This document shows, in pieces, positions 35,919 through 45,326 of a DNA stretch of 57,587 nt. Each line of letters begins with the position of its first letter. Position 1 is the first letter of the stretch. This DNA is from a virus. Taxonomy: Duplodnaviria > Caudoviricetes. Below the pieces are notes generated by a model that ran no database searches, was not told the origin of the DNA, and was given only the letters and a program-made list of their open reading frames with translations. The translations under genes were made by a program, and so were the position numbers. The stretch is taken from positions 1-57,587 of IMG/VR virus record IMGVR_UViG_3300048853_000105; one strand, 5' to 3'.

Positions 35919-36503
35919 ATGGGTTTAGGATTAAAAAGAAAAGAAGCGACTGGCGACATCCCCGTTTATCAGTTAGTACATGAAGTCTCTCAAGGCGGAT
36001 ATACTCTTGATACCGACGGACTTGTTGAAGGCTCTGTCATCCCAGCGGGATCGGTAATCATTGCGGATGATGCAACCCGCAAAGCAAAGGTTTTAAAATC
36101 AGCAACAGTAATTGAAGCGGCTGCTGCAGATGCATTAGTTTACAGAGTTGCAAAAGGAAGCCAGATCGCTGTCGGAGACAACATCGGTTTGGGTCTGAAA
36201 GGCAAAGCTTATCCGGTTACTGCAATCGATAAAAGCAATGCTAATTACGATGGTTTAACTGTTGGTACCACCTTAGGTGCTGCTGCTGTTAGCGCTCCGT
36301 TATTCCAGTCGTCTACAACAGGCGCAACCAATTCTGCATTGTCAGGTACTCCAACTGGATTGCTTTACGAGGCACGCAAGGTAGAGCCAAACACGACTTT
36401 AACAGTTGTATTACGTGGCACAGTGTACGCGCGCAGAATTCCAGGTGTTCCGGCTGATGTGAAAGCATTATTGCCGCTCATCATTTTTTCACAAAGTAAA
36501 TAA
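35919..36503 (+). CDS. Head decoration protein
   Basis: Between scaffold and capsid genes. Confidence 0.7.
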   Translation: MGLGLKRKEATGDIPVYQLVHEVSQGGYTLDTDGLVEGSVIPAGSVIIADDATRKAKVLKSATVIEAAAADALVYRVAKGSQIAVGDNIGLGLKGKAYPVTAIDKSNANYDGLTVGTTLGAAAVSAPLFQSSTTGATNSALSGTPTGLLYEARKVEPNTTLTVVLRGTVYARRIPGVPADVKALLPLIIFSQSK

Positions 36504-36510
36504 TTAAGAA

Positions 36511-37605
36511 ATGGCAGAACAATTTAAGTCTGTGTTCGGTGACTATACCGAAAATATCAGCGTTGTTGCGAAGGCATTAGAAGCTGCAAAGGTTCAGCCT
36601 ATCTACACGCAATACCTGGACTGGGCTACGCCAACTGTTGGTCTTGATTTCTCTACCGTTGTAGGTAAAGAGCGTCAAGCGTCAATGGCATCCGTAGTGG
36701 ATATTGATGCTTTACACCCACACCGTTCACGTTCAGCTGCTGTTCGTGTTGATGGTGAGGTGCCATCAATCAAGGTTAAACGTTCTTTAACACAAAAGCA
36801 GTATCGTGATTACTTGATGCTTCAAAACATCAAGACGATGAAGGATGCTGATAAGTTGAAAGCTATTGTCAAGTTCATTCTTGATGACATGAAATATGTA
36901 ACTGACTCGGTGAAAGCCAGGATCAATTATATGTATCTGCAAGCTGTTTCCCGTGGTTACATTGAAATCACCGAAGACAATAATCCAGATGGTATCGTAA
37001 CCGATGTTATCCCAATGGGATTATTGGAAACCAACTTCAAGGAATCGTCTGATGATGTTCTAGGTGGAGGTTCTAAATTGATCACGGAGATCATGGACAT
37101 GGTTCAGCTTGCAAAATATCAAGGTGATGAAATTTCTGAGATTCAGTTATCAAGTGTTCTTTGGAACAAAATCAAGCTTAACAAGGAGTTGATGAGCGAG
37201 ATGAAGGCTTATTTTAACCCGGGATCGAACGCACGTGCGGTATTCACGTTAGAGAACTTTAACAACTATCTAACGGATAACAACGCGCCGAACTTCAAAA
37301 TTATTGATTCAATTTCAAGAGTTGAGATCGATGGCAAGCAAACCATTGTGCGTCCTTTCAGTGATACTAACCTGGTATTTGTTCCATCTGGTAAATTAGG
37401 TATCATCCACAATGCTTATTCAATTGAAGAATTGGAGCCGGTGCCTAATGTTGAGTACACCACTGTTGATAGGATCCTTTTATCAAAATGGTTTCAGCGT
37501 AACCCATGGGGCGAAATGACAGCCGCTGAGACGATCGCGATCCCCGGCATCGAGCAGATTGAAAGTATTTATCACTTAAAAGCTGACTTACTTACAGAAG
37601 ACTAA
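36511..37605 (+). CDS. Major capsid protein (lambda gpE-like)
   Basis: Size and position; GEVPSIKVKR, LVFVPSGKLG. Confidence 0.85.
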   Translation: MAEQFKSVFGDYTENISVVAKALEAAKVQPIYTQYLDWATPTVGLDFSTVVGKERQASMASVVDIDALHPHRSRSAAVRVDGEVPSIKVKRSLTQKQYRDYLMLQNIKTMKDADKLKAIVKFILDDMKYVTDSVKARINYMYLQAVSRGYIEITEDNNPDGIVTDVIPMGLLETNFKESSDDVLGGGSKLITEIMDMVQLAKYQGDEISEIQLSSVLWNKIKLNKELMSEMKAYFNPGSNARAVFTLENFNNYLTDNNAPNFKIIDSISRVEIDGKQTIVRPFSDTNLVFVPSGKLGIIHNAYSIEELEPVPNVEYTTVDRILLSKWFQRNPWGEMTAAETIAIPGIEQIESIYHLKADLLTED

Positions 37606-37934
37606 TGCCTACGCAGACAATCTTAAAATCACTTAAAAGCAAAATTAACTTTCCTCTTCCGGAGGAAAGTTATAATACCGTCTTGACCGAAAATGATTTA
37701 GATGGCGATGCTATCTATACAAAAGCGTTTAAAAAGGCGGTTGAGTTATGTGCTGCAGAGTTGATTTTAGTTGTTTGTACTAGCGGCAACGTCTCTGAAG
37801 GCGGTTACTCTCTGACCTTGAATGACAAGGCCTCACTTATGAAAACTCGCAAGCTGTATTTAGGCAGGTGGGGCGTTACTGATGAGGCAGAAACTGAAAA
37901 GCCAGTGGTAAGCGCTGTGAAAGGAATGTGGTAA
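37605..37934 (+). CDS. Head-tail adaptor
   Basis: NVSEGGYS motif; follows capsid gene. Confidence 0.7.
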   Translation: MPTQTILKSLKSKINFPLPEESYNTVLTENDLDGDAIYTKAFKKAVELCAAELILVVCTSGNVSEGGYSLTLNDKASLMKTRKLYLGRWGVTDEAETEKPVVSAVKGMW

Positions 37935-38263
37935 TGATCATTCAATACCCTCATATTTTGAAGTACGACACCGTAGCCGGAGGTTATGAGCAGGTTGACG
38001 AGAATGGCGACACTGTTATTGTTCCAGGCTCAATATCCACAGTTGAAATTAAATGCAGGTTTGAGCCGAATGCTGATGGTGAGCGTATTCTTTCCGCTGA
38101 TGGCGAGCAGCTTGATTTTGGCTGGATCGTTTACATGCCACTTGATCAGGTAGAGGTTCTACCAGGTACCGCAATTAAAGGATTCAATGATGATCTGTTG
38201 ATTGCTCAAGGCGAAGTGAAGCGATTCAACCGGGGCCAGCTAAATGCAAGGGCATGGGTATAA
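37934..38263 (+). CDS. Head closure protein
   Basis: Position, beta-rich. Confidence 0.65.
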   Translation: MIIQYPHILKYDTVAGGYEQVDENGDTVIVPGSISTVEIKCRFEPNADGERILSADGEQLDFGWIVYMPLDQVEVLPGTAIKGFNDDLLIAQGEVKRFNRGQLNARAWV

Positions 38264-38679
38264 GAGCAAAGTTTACGGAAGCAGACCTTAACAATATGTT
38301 TATGGTCCGCGTCCAAGCAATTGAAGGCGCGATCTTGAGTCGCCTAAAGTTCATAGGCGAAACTTGCGTAAACAATGCTAGGGCAAATGGAAGCTATAAC
38401 GATGTAACCGGAAACCTGAGATCTTCGATTTGCTATGTAGTTCTAAAAAATGGTGTAAAGAAATCAGGTGGAGCGATTCCATCTGACAGCAGCGAACGGA
38501 TGAGTGAACTTATCGCTGAACATCCAAGGGGGTACGTTTTAATAGTTTTGGCAGGTATGGATTACGCAGCAGCTGTAGAGAGTAAGGGTAAAGATGTATT
38601 GACAGCCAGTTCAAAAATTGCAGAAATTGAAATCAAAAAAGCGATTAGAACTTTTAGAAAGACACTTAAAAACTCATGA
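38254..38679 (+). CDS. Neck protein (HK97 gp10-like)
   Basis: TGNLRSSI; YAAAVE. Confidence 0.75.
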   Translation: MGIRAKFTEADLNNMFMVRVQAIEGAILSRLKFIGETCVNNARANGSYNDVTGNLRSSICYVVLKNGVKKSGGAIPSDSSERMSELIAEHPRGYVLIVLAGMDYAAAVESKGKDVLTASSKIAEIEIKKAIRTFRKTLKNS

Positions 38680-39107
38680 GCTATACCTCAATCACGGCTT
38701 TAAATATGCTTTATCAGCATATAGCGCGTTCGGTTCTAATGACTGATGTGAAGAAGCCTAATGGAAAGCTCTGCAAGTACCAACGGCCGTTAAATTCTGC
38801 TCTTGAAGATGTAGTGATTAACAGCCTTGGATTGAACAGAGAAGAGGTGCAGGAGGGTGTTTTGAACGTGAATGTTTTTGTTCCTAACCTCATCTTACCA
38901 TCAAATGCTGCCGACAGAAGCCAACCTGATACCGCCCGGCTTACTTACCTGCTGAACTTGGCAAACCTTGCTTTAGGTGAAGGAGAGGAGATATGGGAGG
39001 CTACTGGCCAGTACTGCTTTAATCTCCAACAAGAGAACATCTTTCAGGATGAGAACAATCAGCACTTCATAAACCTGAGAGTAGAATTTTATTCATTAAA
39101 CAACTAA
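38676..39107 (+). CDS. Tail terminator
   Basis: Precedes tail tube gene. Confidence 0.65.
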   Translation: MSYTSITALNMLYQHIARSVLMTDVKKPNGKLCKYQRPLNSALEDVVINSLGLNREEVQEGVLNVNVFVPNLILPSNAADRSQPDTARLTYLLNLANLALGEGEEIWEATGQYCFNLQQENIFQDENNQHFINLRVEFYSLNN

Positions 39108-39118
39108 ATACCAATAAT

Positions 39119-39640
39119 ATGGCAAAGAAGAAAATATACGGCCTTTCATCGGTACTCATGGGAGCCATTGCAGGTGATGGTGGTATGGGTACCACGCTTG
39201 TAGAGGTATTGGGTGCAACTGTAAAAGGTACTGCATCACTTATCTACACACCTCCAACGATCACCGATGTTGAGACCGAAGAGGAAGATACTCCTTATGA
39301 CCAACTGATCACTGCAGGTGGTAAGTGGGAGCTGAAATTGGACTCTCACAACGTGAGCGCTAAAACCCTGGGTGACACTTTCGGTGGTGACTACGTTGCT
39401 GGTACCGGCAGTACTCCTGATTCCTGGTCCGGTGATGATGTGGTACTGAAAGAAGGATCATTCCGCGTAACCACTAGAAATGGGGTTGTGATTGATCTTC
39501 CACGTGTGAAATACATGGCTATTCCAACTTTCAACTTCGACAAGACGCAGCTTGGAAGAATCGCTCTTACTGGAACACCACTGAAACCTACAAAGGCGGG
39601 TACCAGAGCGATCAAGTACACCGATGCACCAACTGCTTAA
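39119..39640 (+). CDS. Major tail tube protein
   Basis: Position and size; downstream hairpin 39649-39671. Confidence 0.78.
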   Translation: MAKKKIYGLSSVLMGAIAGDGGMGTTLVEVLGATVKGTASLIYTPPTITDVETEEEDTPYDQLITAGGKWELKLDSHNVSAKTLGDTFGGDYVAGTGSTPDSWSGDDVVLKEGSFRVTTRNGVVIDLPRVKYMAIPTFNFDKTQLGRIALTGTPLKPTKAGTRAIKYTDAPTA

Positions 39641-39683
39641 CATTTTACGAGGGCATCTTGACGGTGCCCTCTTATAATCTTCC

Positions 39684-40193
39684 ATGGAACAAACTGAATT
39701 AAATAAAATACTTGCCGAGGTCGGAAGAACAGTTGTTCAGCAGCCGAAGACGGTAGAGGTAGATATCAGACCTAAAAACTGGTTGCAGAAACTCCTTATA
39801 AAAAAGGGCTTTTTGAAACCGAACAAGGTTTTCACCATCTATCCGATTTTAGTCGGTAACAGATTCCGGATTTCAACTGTTGCACTGAATATTCCAGATG
39901 CGATCTTCTCACCAAACGTTGAAGAGGGAGAAATATGGAAGGCGATTAAAGATCATACTAATGACTTGATCTATGTAGTGGCAGTGTGTATCCAGAATAA
40001 CAAGAAGGAGCCTTCAAAGGCACTGCTTGATTACCTACGCTGGATTGATGATGCAAAGTTCTACGAGCTGCTTGACGCCTCACTCTCCATGATCGGGGTG
40101 CCAAATTTTACAAAATCTATCATCTTGATAAGAGGACAAAATGTAATCAGTGGGAAGGATGCGGATGTGACGCCTGCGATTACACCGGAATAG
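39684..40193 (+). CDS. Tail assembly chaperone (G-like)
   Basis: Between tube and tape measure genes. Confidence 0.75.
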   Translation: MEQTELNKILAEVGRTVVQQPKTVEVDIRPKNWLQKLLIKKGFLKPNKVFTIYPILVGNRFRISTVALNIPDAIFSPNVEEGEIWKAIKDHTNDLIYVVAVCIQNNKKEPSKALLDYLRWIDDAKFYELLDASLSMIGVPNFTKSIILIRGQNVISGKDADVTPAITPE

Positions 40194-40426
40194 TCAAAGA
40201 TGAGTCTCAGGAAACCAAGGGAGGTGATAGCCCTTGGAGTATAGTCGGATCATACCGGAAATACTTTAAATGTAGCAGGGACCATGTGCTCTGGAAAATC
40301 AGTTGGATAAACTTCAACATGGATTTGGCAACCATACCGAGCTACGACTCTAAGAAGGAAAATGATGCGGTGATGATCTCACCGGAAGATGAAGAAGCGG
40401 AACTATTTAAAGACTTAGGATATTAA
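40109..40426 (+). CDS. -1 frameshift extension of the chaperone (GT-like)
   Basis: A AAT TTT at 40103-40109; -1 frame open to TAA 40424-40426, 2 nt before TMP. Confidence 0.65.
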   Translation, partial: YKIYHLDKRTKCNQWEGCGCDACDYTGIVKDESQETKGGDSPWSIVGSYRKYFKCSRDHVLWKISWINFNMDLATIPSYDSKKENDAVMISPEDEEAELFKDLGY

Positions 40427-40428
40427 GC

Positions 40429-43400
40429 ATGAACGTAAACGGTGGACCATTAGATTTTGTATCTGCTTTAGATAACTCGCAGTTTGGTGCCGCAATGCGA
40501 GAGATGCGTAATGATGTTGCCAGACTTACAGGAGATCTTCAGACGCATGGTGCACAGATTGAAAGCTTCGCAAGTAAAGCTACAGCCGCGGCTGCTGGGT
40601 TCTTCTCTACGCAAGCTGCTGCTGGGTTCGTGAAACAAATGGTTCAGGTTAGAGGGGAATTTCAGCAAATTGAAATTGCCTTTACCACCATGTTAGGCAG
40701 TAAAGAAAAATCTGATCAGCTAATGGCTGAAGCTGTAAAACTTGCTGCCATCACTCCATTTGGACTTCAGGACGTTGCAAAAGGAGCAAAGCAGTTACTT
40801 GCTTATGGATTTGCTGCTGAAGATATAACCGGCAACCTGACGATGCTCGGAAACGTCGCCGCTGGTGTGGGTTCGCAATTAGGCGACCTTACTTACCTAT
40901 ATGGAACGTTAAGGGCATCTGGACGCGTTACGCAAATGGACATAAACCAGCTTGCAGGTCGTGGTATTCCGGTCTATGAGGAACTAGCCAAAGTAATGAA
41001 TATTACAACTGCTGAGGTTCGTAACTATGTTTCAGCCGGCAAGATCGGTTTCCCTGAAGTCGAAAAAGCCTTTTCGAACATGACTGGCCAAGGCGGTAGG
41101 TTCTTCAACTTAATGCAGGAACAATCTAAATCACTCACTGGCCAAATAGCCAACCTTGGCGATGCATGGGACGTGATGCTAAACTCTATGGGTAGAAGTC
41201 AGGAGGGTATCATCGGCGATGGCATCCAGGCCGCAATCGAGCTGGTAGAAAACTACCAACGAGTAATTGAGATCATTGAGCTACTGGTTATCACCTACGG
41301 ATCATACAGGGCTGCTTTATTAATTACCTCGACTGTGACCGGCGGCATGTCTGCAGTCGAGCTTATCCATTACAATATCCTTGTCATGAAAGACAGGCTT
41401 ATGGGTATTCTTACCAGTAAGCAGACGGCACTTGCTGTAAGTACAGCTGCTTATACTGCTGTATTAGCCGCGCTTGTTTCTGTTGGATATTCGCTTCTCC
41501 AGTACCAGGATGCTGCTGAAATATCAGAGAACTCGTTAAGTGAAGCTAAAGAGAAAGGGGCTCGGGCGGTTGAGACTGAAACTGAAAAGATTGATGATCT
41601 CATCAAAACCATACGTGATCATAGTTCAACCAAACGTCAACAGAAAGATGCATACGATGCTCTTCTTCAAACCACTAAAGGAGCTTTAGATCAATATTCA
41701 CAAGAAGAGATTGCAGCAGGTAAAGGATCCGACGCGATCGATAAGTACAAGGCTTCCGTTATGGCGGCTGCCGTCGCACAACAACAGTTTGCTGACTATA
41801 AGGGTCTTGAAGAGCAGTTAAAGAAGATTGACGAGCAAGGGATTAAAGCCATAAGCACTTGGGACCGCTTACGAGATAGTTTTCTCGGTTTTATGCTTGC
41901 TGTACGCGAGGCTGCAAAAGGCAACTTTACAGCTGCTGGTGATCTGCTTGAAACTACCTACAATAAGGGTGTCGTTAATACTGAAAGAACAAAAATTAAA
42001 GATGCTCAAAAGGCTATTATTTCTTCTAATCCTGAAGTACAGCAGTTAATTGATGCGCGGAATTTGGCAAGGCAGAAAGATGATACGGCTAAAAAGGATG
42101 AAGCTCGAGCCACTAAAACCGCCGAACAACTCGCCAAAGAAGCCGCTGCTGTTAAAAAATACAACGCCCTGCTTGAAAAGCGTAAAGACCTGGAGCGTGA
42201 AATCTCACAGGATCTTGCAGGTGCACGTGCATCTGCCTTGTCTGAGGAAGATAAACAGATTGCCGCCATCAATGCAAAGTATGATGATCGACTTGCGCAG
42301 ATCGAAAAGCTTAACAAGAATCTTAGACTAGGGGACCAGATCAGCACTAAGCCTGTTGAAGCTGCTCGGAACATTGAACTCGGTGTAAATGGAGTAGAAA
42401 CCATTGTAAGTCAGTACAAGGAAGAACTTGATCGTAAAAAGCAGCTGTTTGAAGATTACGAGAACGCCAAGGCGGACTTCGGGCAGACTAAAGCTGACCA
42501 GATGTACAGAGAAGAGCTTGGAGAATACACCAGCTTTGTTGACTTCGTTCAAAAGGACATCGACAAGCGCAAAGGTGATAGATCACTTTTAGCTACCAAA
42601 AAGAACCAAGTTGCAGCGCCGATACTTATCGATGAAACCCGTGAGCAGCAGCTAATTTTCCAGAAGCTGTTAAAGGATACTGAGACCTTTGAAACATCCC
42701 GGAACCTAATTATAGAGAAAGCTCTTCAGCAAGCTGCTGAACTTAGATCAAAAGGCTACGATGAACAAGCGAACCAAGCTATCGCAAACGGTGCAGCTGA
42801 TCTCGAGCAGTTCGACTCTAATATGATCCAGCAGATTGCCGGATACAAAATGCTCTTCGAAGGGTTCACCCGTATGTCTACCGATGCTATTGATCAATAT
42901 ATTAGGAAAGCAAAGGAGAAAGCCGATGCAGATCTTGCAGCTGGTCTGATTTCGCAGAAAGCATATGATATCGTAATCAAAGCTATCAACAATGCCAAAG
43001 GTGCCCTAAATGCTGCTATACCAAACCAGCTTCGAGGGTTTGCTCAAATCTTCAGGGATCTTGCATCAACCACAGACGGCCTGTCATCCGGACTTACCAA
43101 TGTTCTGAATATTCTTGGTGACATGGTTAGTGCTGCAGCCGATGTTAAACAAGGAATTGCTGATACTAAAGATGCGATTGCCAATTATGATCAAGCTAAA
43201 GCCGATGCTGGTGGTGGGTTACTAGGTACGCTTTCGGCAGGTCTTGCAATTGCAGGCCCAGCATCAAAAGCTATAGGTGCTGTTACCAGTGTTGTAAAGG
43301 GAATCACAGGTTTCTTCACGGCAGCTAAAGAAAGTGCTAAGCAAGCTGCATCTGAGATGCAAGCCTACCAAGATAATTCTATCAAAGGTGAGATTGCCTA

Positions 43401-44400
43401 CAATCAACTGTTACGGGAACGAGCCAGGACGATGAAGAGCATAGGTGATCTGTCATTAGCAGAGCTCCAGACGCAACAAGCTATTCTTGCTGCACAGAAG
43501 AGCCAGGCACAGTCTGATGAAGCGATGCTACTTGCAAGAATACGCGCTTCAGGTCAGCAGGTCACAAATATTCGCACCGAAAAGTACGGCGGCTTTTTGG
43601 GTATTGGTAAGAAGACACGTACTGTTCAGGACACCGCAGGTCTGCAAGGCGCTACTTATGAGGAGTTAGAGGAACTTTATACTAAAGGAAAGTTGACCGA
43701 TTCAACAAAGGCCTGGTTTGAGGAGCTTAAGCGGGTAAAAGATGAAACTCAGGACATTTCTGATGCTGCTAAAGACGCGCAAGATGCCATCAATCAGGCA
43801 TTAACTGGCACAACTGCCAACAATATTGCGGATGCTATCATCAATGGCTTTAAAGAAGGTAAAAGAACGGCTGCTGACTTTGCAGACGACTTCAAGGACA
43901 TGATGTCGGACGCTATGTACCGCGCATTAAGTGATGATTTCCTAAATGATGCTATCGCGGACTTCTATGTACGTTTTGCTGAAATGTCAAGAGACGGACT
44001 GACTGATCAGGAGATAAAAGATTTGCAAAAACAATACGCAGGCATCATCGAAGAGGGGATTAAAAGGGCGGAAAACATTGATAAGATCATAGGAAAGCCG
44101 GGTGATCAAACTTCTCCAAACGGCGGCCTAAAGTCATCTGGCATCACTGCTTCTCAGGAATCTGTAGATGTAAATAATGCGATAGCCAGAAGCAACTATG
44201 AACAGCTTAAACAGCTCGGCTTAACGGCTATGGATCATTTAGGAGTAGCAAGACAGGGAATCGATTACTTGAATGCAATCGAACAACACACCTTCAGGGC
44301 TGCAAACAACACGGATAGCTTGAGCGGCAAGCTGGATCAGATAATTACGAACACCAAGCCTGCACCGAAAGGGCAGAGCTGGGAATCAATAAGCGGGTAA
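40429..44400 (+). CDS. Tape measure protein
   Basis: 1323 aa helical; TPFGL..AKQLLAYG tape-measure domain. Confidence 0.93.
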   Translation: MNVNGGPLDFVSALDNSQFGAAMREMRNDVARLTGDLQTHGAQIESFASKATAAAAGFFSTQAAAGFVKQMVQVRGEFQQIEIAFTTMLGSKEKSDQLMAEAVKLAAITPFGLQDVAKGAKQLLAYGFAAEDITGNLTMLGNVAAGVGSQLGDLTYLYGTLRASGRVTQMDINQLAGRGIPVYEELAKVMNITTAEVRNYVSAGKIGFPEVEKAFSNMTGQGGRFFNLMQEQSKSLTGQIANLGDAWDVMLNSMGRSQEGIIGDGIQAAIELVENYQRVIEIIELLVITYGSYRAALLITSTVTGGMSAVELIHYNILVMKDRLMGILTSKQTALAVSTAAYTAVLAALVSVGYSLLQYQDAAEISENSLSEAKEKGARAVETETEKIDDLIKTIRDHSSTKRQQKDAYDALLQTTKGALDQYSQEEIAAGKGSDAIDKYKASVMAAAVAQQQFADYKGLEEQLKKIDEQGIKAISTWDRLRDSFLGFMLAVREAAKGNFTAAGDLLETTYNKGVVNTERTKIKDAQKAIISSNPEVQQLIDARNLARQKDDTAKKDEARATKTAEQLAKEAAAVKKYNALLEKRKDLEREISQDLAGARASALSEEDKQIAAINAKYDDRLAQIEKLNKNLRLGDQISTKPVEAARNIELGVNGVETIVSQYKEELDRKKQLFEDYENAKADFGQTKADQMYREELGEYTSFVDFVQKDIDKRKGDRSLLATKKNQVAAPILIDETREQQLIFQKLLKDTETFETSRNLIIEKALQQAAELRSKGYDEQANQAIANGAADLEQFDSNMIQQIAGYKMLFEGFTRMSTDAIDQYIRKAKEKADADLAAGLISQKAYDIVIKAINNAKGALNAAIPNQLRGFAQIFRDLASTTDGLSSGLTNVLNILGDMVSAAADVKQGIADTKDAIANYDQAKADAGGGLLGTLSAGLAIAGPASKAIGAVTSVVKGITGFFTAAKESAKQAASEMQAYQDNSIKGEIAYNQLLRERARTMKSIGDLSLAELQTQQAILAAQKSQAQSDEAMLLARIRASGQQVTNIRTEKYGGFLGIGKKTRTVQDTAGLQGATYEELEELYTKGKLTDSTKAWFEELKRVKDETQDISDAAKDAQDAINQALTGTTANNIADAIINGFKEGKRTAADFADDFKDMMSDAMYRALSDDFLNDAIADFYVRFAEMSRDGLTDQEIKDLQKQYAGIIEEGIKRAENIDKIIGKPGDQTSPNGGLKSSGITASQESVDVNNAIARSNYEQLKQLGLTAMDHLGVARQGIDYLNAIEQHTFRAANNTDSLSGKLDQIITNTKPAPKGQSWESISG

Positions 44401-45326
44401 TGGAGAATGTGTATTTTCTAAATGGACAGAACATGAAAGATAAGTTCGGTATTATTCCAGGCCGGGCTCCAAGCAGTAATATCGCGCTTGCTGGTGCATG
44501 GGATATGCCTTCGCGTGTAGGTAAAACACACCACATCTGGCCCGACGATAACAGTCTTGAGCCTTACCTGCGTGCAGACGAGATCTTCTTCGGCGGTCGG
44601 GATGTGTCATTCCACTTCTTCATAAAAGCAAGTGACAGGCATACGGCCGTGCTAAAGTGCTATAAGATGTATGACTTCATCAATTCCTTTACAGGACCCG
44701 TGCCTTTTAGTTCACTTATCTACGGCTCCTTCAATGTGCTTGTTAATAACGAGATCAAGATTGACTACGTCAGCTCCGGGATGTGTAAGGGAGTACTGAC
44801 AATGCGAGAGCCGGTCGTAAATATGACCGGGTACATTCCACCAGCTGATACAAGCAGTCAATCTTCGATTGACAAGATCAGTCTTGCAAGCTTAGGATGG
44901 GAGGTAGTGTCAATGACAGATCAATATAGTAGACCAGCGGCAAAGTTGACAGGGGTGACTGCTTACGGTTATGAGAGTGCAAAGGTTGCGAAGGTCGGCT
45001 TCCGCACCATCAACCTGGAACTGGTTACCCAGGAGAATGGATATCAGTTCAATTTTCTTCCTAAGATCAAAACCTTGATGGCTTTGCTTGCGGCTCCAGA
45101 CGCACGCACACTTATTCACAATGGAATAACCCGAGAGGTATTTGCCAAGGATGGATTTAAAGTAACGATGCTTTATAAGAATGGTGAAAAGTTCACAGCA
45201 AAAGTGATGATCCCGCTAACTGAAATCAGGGTGTTGGAAACATGGAATTTACTTACTGATGGTAGCGGATTAATCCTTACTGATGGTACCGGAATACCGA
45301 TTACTGAGATTCTAAAACTAAACTAA
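44400..45326 (+). CDS. Distal tail protein
   Basis: Follows TMP. Confidence 0.7.
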   Translation: MENVYFLNGQNMKDKFGIIPGRAPSSNIALAGAWDMPSRVGKTHHIWPDDNSLEPYLRADEIFFGGRDVSFHFFIKASDRHTAVLKCYKMYDFINSFTGPVPFSSLIYGSFNVLVNNEIKIDYVSSGMCKGVLTMREPVVNMTGYIPPADTSSQSSIDKISLASLGWEVVSMTDQYSRPAAKLTGVTAYGYESAKVAKVGFRTINLELVTQENGYQFNFLPKIKTLMALLAAPDARTLIHNGITREVFAKDGFKVTMLYKNGEKFTAKVMIPLTEIRVLETWNLLTDGSGLILTDGTGIPITEILKLN

